This document shows positions 18,501 to 26,508 of a stretch of 27,143 nucleotides of DNA, piece by piece. The first letter of the stretch is position 1, and each line of letters begins with the position of its first letter. Both the position numbers and the translations under genes were made by a program. The notes beneath the pieces were generated by a model, which did not search any database, was not told where the DNA came from, and was given only the letters and a program-made list of their open reading frames with translations. Location of the stretch: IMG/VR virus record IMGVR_UViG_3300020306_000016, positions 1-27,143 of that record; one strand, written 5' to 3'. Source of the DNA: a virus. Lineage: Duplodnaviria > Caudoviricetes.

Positions 18501-19675
18501 TTCTTGAAAGAGGAACGACTGGTGATAATGTATTCTTAGGTTGGGATGAGAGTCAAGATAGAATTGTTTTCGCAACAACAACTGCGACTGGTGCATCGAC
18601 TGGTGACCTAACACTTACAGATGCAATCATACAAGCATCAAGACTGTTCGGTAATGTAACTGGTGCATTAACAGGTAATGCTGATACTGCAACAACTCTT
18701 GCTAATGCTAGAAACTTCAGTATTACAGGTGGTGATATTACTGCCAATGCCATATCATTTGATGGTTCAGGTAATGTCGCATTAAGTGCATCAATAGATG
18801 CAACTGGGGTTGATTCAGGTACATATGGTTCTGGTTCATTAGTCCCAGTATTTACAGTCAACGCAAAAGGACAGATTGATAGTGCAGGAACAGTTTCCGT
18901 TGCAGGTGTCTCATCGACATCTTTTGATAGTGCAACTAATAAATTCACAATTAACACTGCTGATGGTAATAGTTTTGTTACTACAGTAGCATCAAGATTC
19001 TCTGCAATACCTGATAGTGACCTTACATTATCAAGTAATACTATAAGAGCAAATGACCTTTTTGTAGGTAATCTGCATGTAGACTCCGCAGATATTATTA
19101 AGATAGCAAGAGATAATCTATCGATTGCTGATGCAGGTGGGGACGGTTCGTTTGCTTATGATAGTGCATCTGGACAGTTTACATATACAGGCCCAAGTGC
19201 ATCCGAAGTAAGAGCGCATTTCTCCGCAGGTGGAGACTTAGTATATAACAGTGGAACTGGTGAGTTCTCTATATCAAGACCTGAGATTGATTCGGCAGGA
19301 GTTAGAGCATTAGTATCTGTAACAGATGCAGGTGGAGATGGTTCACTAGCATATAATAACAGTACAGGAGTATTCACATATACAGGCCCAAGTGCTTCAG
19401 AGGTAAGAGCGCATCTGACCGCAAACAAAGGTTTATCTGTATCATCTGGTGAATTTAATATTGACTCTGCCAATGTGAAAGGTATGTTTAGTGCTACTGG
19501 ATTTGGATATAATTCAGGAACAGGTGCATTCACTGTAACTGGACAGAATGTAATGGACTTAATTAAGACTGTGGATTCTAATGGTTCTGGTTTGAATGCC
19601 GATACTCTGGACGGACAACAAGGTTCTTATTATCGAATCGATGTATTTAATGCTTCAGGGTCACTTCTGAACTAA
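15536..19675 (+). CDS. Long mosaic tail/collar fibre protein (1379 aa)
   Basis: LIPDTDSAYDLG...KKWKDLHLSG.TI.LG, triple-beta-helix-like GNLNVTGDL repeats, EG.NLY.T..R motifs, GNADTATTLANARN, TYGS...VP.FTVNAKG, C-terminal GSGLNADTLDG. All are common phage fibre modules. Confidence 0.8.
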   Translation: MTEKIVVKKVIVGTPVRKVTAGSFAVTNLGGVDVTATESDGSILAFKKTTQNYEVTKLTGDSASIHVAYDSANSEYVFSLVGNRINQSLIPDTDSAYDLGASDKKWKDLHLSGGTINLGGLRIKDQNGTFVVSDSSGNTLLQNTKFISVKGDTDILAYDSSTSTITWNDSDVARTDRIETFHKAIKVTDSAEITSNLTVGGNLNVTGDLVYDDMTADSATFSGSVAIGTNLSVGGNLNVAGDLVYDDMTADSATFAGTVSVGTNITSPLGRIVNLTGDSATVTNIANTQFTGSQATIDSADITTLKVGNLVVTSGDSATITNIANTQFTGSQATFDSANIGGVSIENNNITTEGKIYYANVFNNEGDLPSADAYHGMFAHVHGTGRGYFAHGGAWHRLVDSSMTDEQQVFRLFSSNARVTNAQIDSATVTNLANTQLTGSQATFDSANIGGVSIENNNITTGGKIYYANVFSTEGDLPSASAYHGMFAHVHATGKGYFAHGGAWHQLLDKSSANDSATITNLANTQFTGSQATIDSADIGTLKVTGNASVVGNLDVTGDLNFDDVTADSASFSGTVSVGTNVTSPNATITNITNTQLTGSQATLDSATITNIRFDNVDAQTTTTIRNLFSASGDLSYDSASGQFSFDVESVYTKANFDSDLGDANTGQLPEGTNLYYTTARADSAFDVRLATKSTSNLAEGSNLYHTVERVQDIVGAMVSSNTESGISVTYEDGDGTLDFNVNDPTLSYTGDVTGSGTMTDLGNTSIAMTISAGAVDNDMLSGSIANAKLTNSTITVSDGSNTSPIALGGTLTFSGTSNEVEVAENAGTVTVGLPSDVTVSNDLTVSGNLNVSGTTTQTGSVVTDNNFQGLTNSNTGNATDFGFYGKYVESSTTKYAGIYYDASTDNTFRLFTDTQTVPSTTVNTGATGYTDANLVVNNITGNDLVLSGNLTVNGTTVTNSATNTTIEDALIELGSGNTGANSNDLGLILERGTTGDNVFLGWDESQDRIVFATTTATGASTGDLTLTDAIIQASRLFGNVTGALTGNADTATTLANARNFSITGGDITANAISFDGSGNVALSASIDATGVDSGTYGSGSLVPVFTVNAKGQIDSAGTVSVAGVSSTSFDSATNKFTINTADGNSFVTTVASRFSAIPDSDLTLSSNTIRANDLFVGNLHVDSADIIKIARDNLSIADAGGDGSFAYDSASGQFTYTGPSASEVRAHFSAGGDLVYNSGTGEFSISRPEIDSAGVRALVSVTDAGGDGSLAYNNSTGVFTYTGPSASEVRAHLTANKGLSVSSGEFNIDSANVKGMFSATGFGYNSGTGAFTVTGQNVMDLIKTVDSNGSGLNADTLDGQQGSYYRIDVFNASGSLLN
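16481..17056 (+). repeat. Tandem duplication (327-nt period) of a His-rich fibre module
   Basis: DSAT.TN.ANTQ.TGSQATFDSANIGGVSIENNNITT.GKIYYANVF..EGDLPSA.AYHGMFAHVH.TG.GYFAHGGAWH.L starts at both 16481 and 16808. Confidence 0.9.
19130..19414 (+). repeat. Duplicated fibre module (195-nt period)
   Basis: DAGGDGS.AY....G.FTYTGPSASEVRAH at 19130 and 19325. Confidence 0.85.
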
Positions 19676-19676
19676 G

Positions 19677-19684
19677 GATAAATA
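19677..19684 (+). promoter_or_regulatory. Late-promoter-like GATAAATA
   Basis: 7/8 match to TATAAATA, 5 nt before the gp13 ATG; same spacing as at 11177. Confidence 0.4.
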
Positions 19685-19689
19685 GAGAT

Positions 19690-20484
19690 ATGCCTAGAAA
19701 AAGATTAAACACAAGAGATGACTTTATAGACTACTGTCTTCGTAGATTAGGTCATCCAGTTATCGAAATCAATATCGATGACCAACAGATAGAAGACCGT
19801 GTAGACGATGCATTACAAATCTTCCAAGATTATGTTGCTGAAGGTTCTTTCCGTGCGTACATCCCTGTGACAATCACTCAAACTATGATTGACAATGCAA
19901 AGATTGATTTCGACACAGATGTTACTTTCACAACAATAAATGCAGAGAACATAATTCAAGTGGTAAAGGTTTTACCATTCGATGATTCAGGGTCATCAAC
20001 AAACTTCTTTGATATCAAGTATCAAATGAGATTGAATGACTTTTTCCAATTAGAACAGACTGTGGGTGACCTTGCATACTACGAACAGATGCAACAGTAT
20101 ATCGGATTGATTGATATGAAACTGGTAGGAACACCACAGATACAATTTAGTAGAAACGGAAACACTCTACAGATATGGGGTGACCTAGTAAACAACGGTG
20201 ACTTGAAAGTCGGTAAGACAATTGCGATTGAGATGTATGTTGCCGCTGACCCAGATGAAACTGGGAATAGACTATGGGATAATCAGTTTCTAAAAGAATA
20301 TGCTACTGCCTTAATCAAAAGACAATGGGGTGAAAACCTCAGTAAGTTTGAAGGAATGCAACTTCCAGGCGGTGTAACAATCAACGGTAGACAAATCATA
20401 GAGGACGCAAACCAAGAGATTGAAGTCGCAAGACAAAGAATTTATAATGAATATGACACTCCACCAGACTTTTTTATGGGATAA
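19690..20484 (+). CDS. gp13: Neck protein gp13
   Basis: DYCLRRLGHPVIEINIDDQQIEDRVDDALQ; LKEYATALIKRQWGENLSKFEGMQLPGGVTING; PPDFFMG. Confidence 0.95.
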   Translation: MPRKRLNTRDDFIDYCLRRLGHPVIEINIDDQQIEDRVDDALQIFQDYVAEGSFRAYIPVTITQTMIDNAKIDFDTDVTFTTINAENIIQVVKVLPFDDSGSSTNFFDIKYQMRLNDFFQLEQTVGDLAYYEQMQQYIGLIDMKLVGTPQIQFSRNGNTLQIWGDLVNNGDLKVGKTIAIEMYVAADPDETGNRLWDNQFLKEYATALIKRQWGENLSKFEGMQLPGGVTINGRQIIEDANQEIEVARQRIYNEYDTPPDFFMG

Positions 20485-20487
20485 ACC

Positions 20488-21360
20488 ATGGCAACCAATA
20501 GGTTTTTCAAATATGATGTGCGTTCAGAACAGAATCTTTACGAAGATATAACTATTGAAGCACTCCAAATGTATGGGCAAGATGTATACTATCTGCCCAG
20601 AGAGGTAATTAATAAGGATAAAATCTTCCTTGATGATGTTCCTTCTCGTTTTGGTAACGCATATAAAATCGAAATGTACATCGAAAACACCGAAGCATTT
20701 GATGGTGAGGGTGACTTATTCACAAAATTTGGTGTAGAACTTAGAGACCAAGCAACCTTTATTGTTGCTAGAAAGAGATGGACTAAACTCATTGGTGATA
20801 GATTAGCATCTGCTAACTTCCGTCCAAGAGAAGGTGATTTGATATTCTTACCTTTATCTAAGTCTATCTTTGAGATTCGTAAGGTTGAAACTGAAACACC
20901 GTTCTTCCAAGTAAGTCAACTGCCTACATTTAGAATGACTTGTGAGTTGTTCGAATACAATGATGAAGACCTTGATACTGGTATCGCAGATATCGATGTT
21001 GTAGAGTTTGAAGGTGCATACACATATAAACTTACAATGGATTCGGCATCTTCAGGTTATGTGACAGGTGAAAAAGTATCACAATCTGGTGGTACATATG
21101 ATATGGTTGGTGAAGTATCACACTTTACTGATTCAGGTAATATTCTACAGATTGTACATGCAGGTGCTACAGATGGTAAATATCATACTTGGATAACGAC
21201 CCAACAAGTAGTTGGAGCGGAATCAGGTGCGGTAGCAACACCCACACTAGTAGAAGAATTAAACAAGATACAAGAAGGTGAACAGAATAAGATATTTGAT
21301 GACTTTGAGAATGACTTCTTAGACTTCTCTGAGTCCAATCCATTCGGAGATATTTCATAA
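20488..21360 (+). CDS. gp14: Neck/head-closure protein gp14
   Basis: EQNLYEDI.IEALQMYGQDVYYLPR, FDGEGDLFTKFG, RPREGDLIFLP, CELFEY, DFSESNPFG. Confidence 0.95.
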   Translation: MATNRFFKYDVRSEQNLYEDITIEALQMYGQDVYYLPREVINKDKIFLDDVPSRFGNAYKIEMYIENTEAFDGEGDLFTKFGVELRDQATFIVARKRWTKLIGDRLASANFRPREGDLIFLPLSKSIFEIRKVETETPFFQVSQLPTFRMTCELFEYNDEDLDTGIADIDVVEFEGAYTYKLTMDSASSGYVTGEKVSQSGGTYDMVGEVSHFTDSGNILQIVHAGATDGKYHTWITTQQVVGAESGAVATPTLVEELNKIQEGEQNKIFDDFENDFLDFSESNPFGDIS

Positions 21361-22145
21361 TGTTTGGAACACATTTCTATCACAAGAGAGTTAGAACCGC
21401 AGTATCCGTCTTTGGGTCACTGTTCAATAACCTGTATGTGATAAGAAAGAATAGTTCTAACGAGGTAATCTCACAAGCAAAAGTTCCTTTATCATATGCA
21501 CCAAAGAGAAACTTCTTGCAAAGAATTCAAGAGATGAATAATGGTGAGGATGCAGAAAGACGAGTAGCAATCAAGTTACCAAGAATGTCTTTTGAGATTA
21601 CTCAGATGACATACGATGCAGAGAGACAACTGCCTAAAACAAACAATATTTCAACTGCTATTGCCAACAGTGTGAATAGCAGACAAAAACTATTTACTTC
21701 GACTCCGTATAATATATCGTTTCAATTGAATGTATATGCGAAGTCGCAGGACGATGCCCTACAGATTGTAGAGCAAGTATTACCGTTCTTTACACCACAG
21801 TATACTGTGACTGTAAAACCTTTTAGTGATATCGCAACTCTAACAGAGGATGTGCCTATCACATTGACTGGTGTACAGATGCAGGATGACTTTGAAGGTG
21901 CAATAGAACAAAGAAGAACCATTGTGTATTCTTTAGATTTTGATATGAAGATTGCGTTCCATGGGCCTCTGAATGATGGTAAAATCATTCGTGATGTCCG
22001 TAACGAATTCTTTATTATTGGAGCAGGACTTGCAGACTCCGATGAGTATCTGCAAACATTGAAAGTAACTCCTAATCCTGTCAGTGTAAGCATGGACAGT
22101 GACTATGGATTTACAGAAACAATCTTAGACAGTGACGGTAGTTAG
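21360..22145 (+). CDS. gp15: Tail sheath stabiliser/terminator gp15
   Basis: MFGTHFYH...R..V..FG.LFNN, KVPLSYAPK, LPRMSFEI, QIVEQVLPFF.P, DDFEG...RR.I.Y.L.F. Confidence 0.95.
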   Translation: MFGTHFYHKRVRTAVSVFGSLFNNLYVIRKNSSNEVISQAKVPLSYAPKRNFLQRIQEMNNGEDAERRVAIKLPRMSFEITQMTYDAERQLPKTNNISTAIANSVNSRQKLFTSTPYNISFQLNVYAKSQDDALQIVEQVLPFFTPQYTVTVKPFSDIATLTEDVPITLTGVQMQDDFEGAIEQRRTIVYSLDFDMKIAFHGPLNDGKIIRDVRNEFFIIGAGLADSDEYLQTLKVTPNPVSVSMDSDYGFTETILDSDGS

Positions 22146-22490
22146 ATGAATGACAAGGTAAAGAATGATTACGAATACTCTCGTGACACATATTATGAGT
22201 TATTAGAAAAAGGTAAAGAGAGTCTTGAGTTGATGATTGATGTTGCTCGTGAAAGTGAACACCCCAGAGCATTTGAGGTGTTATCCACTATGATGAAAAA
22301 CATGGCAGACATCAACGATAAATTAATGGATTTGAATAAAAAGAACAAAGACATTAACAAAGAGGACGAACCTAAACAATTAGGTAATACCACGAATAAC
22401 TTGTTTCTTGGCACGACAGTAGATTTACAAAGATTAATACAAGATGAAAACAAAGGCGTGGTAATTGATGCAGAACCTACAGACGAATGA
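22146..22490 (+). CDS. gp16: Terminase small subunit gp16
   Basis: DYEYSR, ARESEHPRAFEV, TTNNLFLGTT.DLQ; located between gp15 and gp17. Confidence 0.9.
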   Translation: MNDKVKNDYEYSRDTYYELLEKGKESLELMIDVARESEHPRAFEVLSTMMKNMADINDKLMDLNKKNKDINKEDEPKQLGNTTNNLFLGTTVDLQRLIQDENKGVVIDAEPTDE

Positions 22491-24081
22491 CCATTATCTT
22501 GGCAATGTAAATGTCAAGAGAGATGGAGTCAAGCATCAATTTACAGAAGATGAGGTCAAGGAATATGTCAAGTGTGGCAAAGACCCAGTATACTTCTGTA
22601 AGAAATATCTAAAAGTTATTTCACTTGATGATGGATTAGTTCCATTTGAACTATATCCTTATCAGGAGAAGATGTTCGAGCATTTCAATAATCAGAGATT
22701 TTCTATCATTCTTGCTTGTAGGCAATCTGGAAAATCGATATCGTCTGTCGGTTATCTATTATGGTATGCTTGTTTTCATAGCGAGAAAACGATTGCGATT
22801 CTTGCAAATAAGGGTGCGGTGGCAAGAGAGATGTTATCTCGTGTTACACTCATGCTTGAGAATCTGCCGTTCTTTCTACAGCCTGGGACGAAGGCACTCA
22901 ACAAAGGTTCGATTGAGTTTAGTAATAACAGTCGTATTATTGCCAGTGCTACCTCTGGTAGTTCCATTAGGGGTATGTCTGTTAATTTACTATTTCTTGA
23001 CGAGTTTGCATTCGTGGAGAGAGCAAACGAATTCTACACCTCGACCTATCCAGTTATCTCCGCAGGTAAGGATACTAAAGTCATCATTACAAGCACTGCG
23101 AATGGAATTGGAAACACTTTCCACAAAATCTGGGAAGGGGCAACGCAAGGAGTAAATGAATTCAAACCGTTTACGGTCAACTGGTGGGATGTTCCAGGCC
23201 GTGACGAGGAATGGAAAAGACAGACTATTGCAAATACATCTCAATTACAATTTGACCAAGAGTTTGGTAACACTTTCTATGGAACAGGGGATACTCTTAT
23301 CAATGCAGATACATTGCTTTCATTTAGGGCAAATCCCCCAAAAGAACAACATGAGGGAGGCGATTTACTAGTATACGACACCCCTCAGTCAAAACATGAA
23401 TACATCATGACTGTGGATGTATCAAAGGGAAGAGGACAGGATTATTCTACCTTTCAGGTAATCGACATTAGCAGGAGACCGTTCAAACAAGTTGCTGTCT
23501 ATCGCAATAATTCTATATCTCCAATACTCTTTCCTAATATTATATATAAGTATGCACATCTCTATAATGATGCATATGTGGTGATTGAGTCCAATGATTC
23601 TGGACAAGTAGTATGTAATGGTCTATATCATGACTTAGAATACGATAATATACACCTCGAATCGGCAATTAAGGCAGACCGAATCGGTATCGAAATGAAT
23701 CGAAAGGTCAAAAGACTTGGTTGTTCTGCAATCAAAGATATACTTGAACATAGAAAATTACATATTCAAGACGAACAAACAATACTAGAAATATCAACAT
23801 TTGTTTCTAAAGGACAGTCCTATGAAGCAAGTGATGGTAATTACGATGATTTAATGATGAATCTAGTTATGTTTGGATACTTTGTATCCACTAGTTATTT
23901 CAGTGAAATGACCGATATCAATCTTAAAGAAATGATGTTTAAGAAGAAGATGGAAGAGATTGAACAAGATATTCCACCTTTTGGACACATAGATGATGGG
24001 GTTGATAACTATGAAAGAGACCAAGAAGCAAAATATTGGCAAGAAAAGTTCGGTCAAGGTACAGTTTCAGACTGGGAGTAA
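22468..24081 (+). CDS. gp17: Terminase large subunit gp17
   Basis: YLGN.NVKR, Walker A ACRQSGKS, Walker B LLFLDEFAF, ITSTANG, nuclease motifs TVDVSKGRGQDYS and DDLMM. Uninterrupted, with no intron or intein seen. ATG at 22468; TTG at 22465. Confidence 0.97.
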   Translation: MQNLQTNDHYLGNVNVKRDGVKHQFTEDEVKEYVKCGKDPVYFCKKYLKVISLDDGLVPFELYPYQEKMFEHFNNQRFSIILACRQSGKSISSVGYLLWYACFHSEKTIAILANKGAVAREMLSRVTLMLENLPFFLQPGTKALNKGSIEFSNNSRIIASATSGSSIRGMSVNLLFLDEFAFVERANEFYTSTYPVISAGKDTKVIITSTANGIGNTFHKIWEGATQGVNEFKPFTVNWWDVPGRDEEWKRQTIANTSQLQFDQEFGNTFYGTGDTLINADTLLSFRANPPKEQHEGGDLLVYDTPQSKHEYIMTVDVSKGRGQDYSTFQVIDISRRPFKQVAVYRNNSISPILFPNIIYKYAHLYNDAYVVIESNDSGQVVCNGLYHDLEYDNIHLESAIKADRIGIEMNRKVKRLGCSAIKDILEHRKLHIQDEQTILEISTFVSKGQSYEASDGNYDDLMMNLVMFGYFVSTSYFSEMTDINLKEMMFKKKMEEIEQDIPPFGHIDDGVDNYERDQEAKYWQEKFGQGTVSDWE

Positions 24082-24100
24082 TTCTCAAAACCTATCTTTG

Positions 24101-24108
24101 TATAAATA
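24101..24108 (+). promoter_or_regulatory. T4-type late promoter for gp18
   Basis: Exact TATAAATA in the gp17-gp18 intergenic region. Confidence 0.85.
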
Positions 24109-24175
24109 GAAGTATTGAGAAACTACCGTATTATGAATTAACTTATAATTAGATTAACGAAAAAAGGAAAAGGTT

Positions 24176-25951
24176 ATGGCACTTTTTACACCCTCTGCTT
24201 CTCCTGCCGTAACAGTTAAAGAAATTGACCTAACAGGCGTAGTGCCTAATGTTCAAACTTCTACTGGTGCGTTTGTGGGGAACTTCGGATGGGGGCCTGT
24301 AGGCGTTTCTACTCTAGTCTCTGATGAGTCTGGATTAGTTAGCACCTTCTCTGCTCCAACCGATGATAATTCGGTAGACTTTCACTCTGCCGCTTATTTC
24401 CTTCGATATTCTAACTCACTGTTCGTTGTAAGAGAATGTGATAGTGATGCTAAGAATGCCGTAGGAAACCATACCAGTCTTGGTTCTTTAACTGCACAAA
24501 AAGTGAACAATCTAGATGCTTTCGAAGCATTAAGCATTGATTCATCTGATGGTGCATTTATTGCTAAATATCCAGGCTCCCTTGGTAACTCTATCAAAGT
24601 TTCTATCTGTGGTTCAGATAGTGACAATGGTGGTGTAACCAACTTTAACTCTTGGACTCATAAAGATGAGTTCGATGGTGCGCCTGGAACATCTCAGTTC
24701 GTTTCTGACCTAAATGGTAAGAATGACGAGATTCATGTTATAGTAATAGACCAAGATGGTTTAATAACAGGAACACCTGACACTGTTCTAGAAACATTCC
24801 CATTCCTCTCTGTAGCAAAAAATGCTAAGAGAAGTGATGGAACATCAAACTACTATAGAGATGTTCTGAAACTTCAATCTGACTGGGTATATGCAGGTAG
24901 ACTCCATACTGGAGATTCTGCTAGTGTATCTGACTTTATTGGAGCAAACTGGGATACTAACTCAGTAAAAACAGGTACAACTCAAGACTTTAAGTCTGAC
25001 TTTGTATTCTCTTCTGCTCAAAATGACTGGAGTCTAGACGGCGGTGTCACATCATCTACTTTAGGAACAGACGATGTTCTTAGAGGATTTGATAATTTTG
25101 AAGACAAAGACAATATAGAAGTTGACTTCTTAATTGCTCCAGAGTCGTTGACAGATACAACTGCGGCGACTATCGTAAATGACTTAGTATCAACAGCTGC
25201 ATCTCTCCGTAAGGATTGTGTTGCCGTTGCATCACCAAGTCGAAACGCTGTTGTAACACTAGGTACTAATACAGGTATCCTAGCATGTAACAACAACTAT
25301 ACAAAGTCCTCATACTTGGTACAGGACAACAATTATCTGAAAGTATTTGACAAATATAACGACAAATTCATTAAGATACCTGCTAACTCTTCAACCGCAG
25401 GACTAATGGCAGCCACTGATTTGGTCGCCGCAAACTGGTTCTCACCAGCTGGTTCTCGAAGAGGTAGATATCTAGGTATCACAGATATTATTGTTTCACC
25501 TTCCAAGGCAGAAAGAGATGCTCTGTATAAAGCAGGAATCAACCCAATTGCTAATATCCCAGGCGAAGGGATAATTCTATTCGGTGACAAGACAAACGAA
25601 TCAAGACCTTCTGCATTTGACAGAATTAATGTTCGTAGATTGTTCCTTGGTATCGAAAGAGCAATTGCTATCGCAGGACGAAATGTCATGTTTGAATTCA
25701 ACGATGAATTTACTCGTGCAGAATTCGTCAATATCGTAGAACCTTTCTTGAGAGAAATCCAAGGTCGAAGAGGTATTACGGACTTTAGAGTTGTGTGTGA
25801 TGCTACAAACAACACACCAGCTGTGGTTGATAGAAATGAATTTATCGCATCTATCTTCATCAAACCAGCGAGAAGTATTAACTTCGTGACACTTAACTTT
25901 GTCGCAGTTAGAACTGGAGTTGAGTTTGAAGAAGTAGTAGGCACAGTTTAA
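24176..25951 (+). CDS. gp18: Tail sheath protein gp18
   Basis: SPAVTVKEIDLT, GNFGWGPV, AKYPGSLGN, WFSPAG..RG, FGDKT, SAFDRINVRRLF, FEFNDEFTR, IKPARSINF.TLNFVA.RTGV.FEE. Confidence 0.97.
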   Translation: MALFTPSASPAVTVKEIDLTGVVPNVQTSTGAFVGNFGWGPVGVSTLVSDESGLVSTFSAPTDDNSVDFHSAAYFLRYSNSLFVVRECDSDAKNAVGNHTSLGSLTAQKVNNLDAFEALSIDSSDGAFIAKYPGSLGNSIKVSICGSDSDNGGVTNFNSWTHKDEFDGAPGTSQFVSDLNGKNDEIHVIVIDQDGLITGTPDTVLETFPFLSVAKNAKRSDGTSNYYRDVLKLQSDWVYAGRLHTGDSASVSDFIGANWDTNSVKTGTTQDFKSDFVFSSAQNDWSLDGGVTSSTLGTDDVLRGFDNFEDKDNIEVDFLIAPESLTDTTAATIVNDLVSTAASLRKDCVAVASPSRNAVVTLGTNTGILACNNNYTKSSYLVQDNNYLKVFDKYNDKFIKIPANSSTAGLMAATDLVAANWFSPAGSRRGRYLGITDIIVSPSKAERDALYKAGINPIANIPGEGIILFGDKTNESRPSAFDRINVRRLFLGIERAIAIAGRNVMFEFNDEFTRAEFVNIVEPFLREIQGRRGITDFRVVCDATNNTPAVVDRNEFIASIFIKPARSINFVTLNFVAVRTGVEFEEVVGTV

Positions 25952-25964
25952 GGAGTAAGGTAAG

Positions 25965-26492
25965 ATGGCAATTCTAGGAGTAGATGACTTTAAGTCAAAA
26001 CTAAGAGGTGGTGGAGCAAGACCTAACCTATTTAAGGCAACGGTTAACTTCCCAGGCTATGCAGGTGGTGATGTAGAACTTACATCATTCCTATGTAAGG
26101 CCGCCCAGTTACCTGCATCTGTAATGAATGTAGTTGAAATACCATTCCGTGGTAGACAACTTAAAATCGCAGGTGATAGAACTTTCGAATCTTGGACTGT
26201 AACTGTCCTGAACGATACGGACTTCAATGTTCGTAACGCAATGGAGAGATGGATGAATGGTATCAATGCTCACCAAGCAAATACAGGTCTGACTAATCCA
26301 GTGGATTACCAAGCAGACTTGATTGTTGAGCAACTCGACAGAGATGAGTCCGTCATCAAAACTTACAACTTTAGAGGTTGTTTCCCAATTAATGTCAGTG
26401 CTATTGATGTTAACTACGAGACAGTCGATACAGTTGAGGAGTTTACAACTGAGTTCGCAGTTCAATACTGGGAATCTGGAACAACTAGTTAA
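25965..26492 (+). CDS. gp19: Tail tube protein gp19
   Basis: GGGARPNLF, FLCKAAQLPAS, FRGRQLKIAGDRTFE.WTVTV.ND, VEQLDR; AAGGAG RBS. Confidence 0.97.
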   Translation: MAILGVDDFKSKLRGGGARPNLFKATVNFPGYAGGDVELTSFLCKAAQLPASVMNVVEIPFRGRQLKIAGDRTFESWTVTVLNDTDFNVRNAMERWMNGINAHQANTGLTNPVDYQADLIVEQLDRDESVIKTYNFRGCFPINVSAIDVNYETVDTVEEFTTEFAVQYWESGTTS

Positions 26493-26508
26493 TCTAGTTA
26501 TACATATA

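Noticed and set aside
173-19675. DS enrichment as a side effect of GANTC (CcrM/HinfI) site enrichment
   Set aside because: Many DS pairs are GAT-AGT or GAC-AGT, which contain no GANTC, and the bias is restricted to structural proteins.
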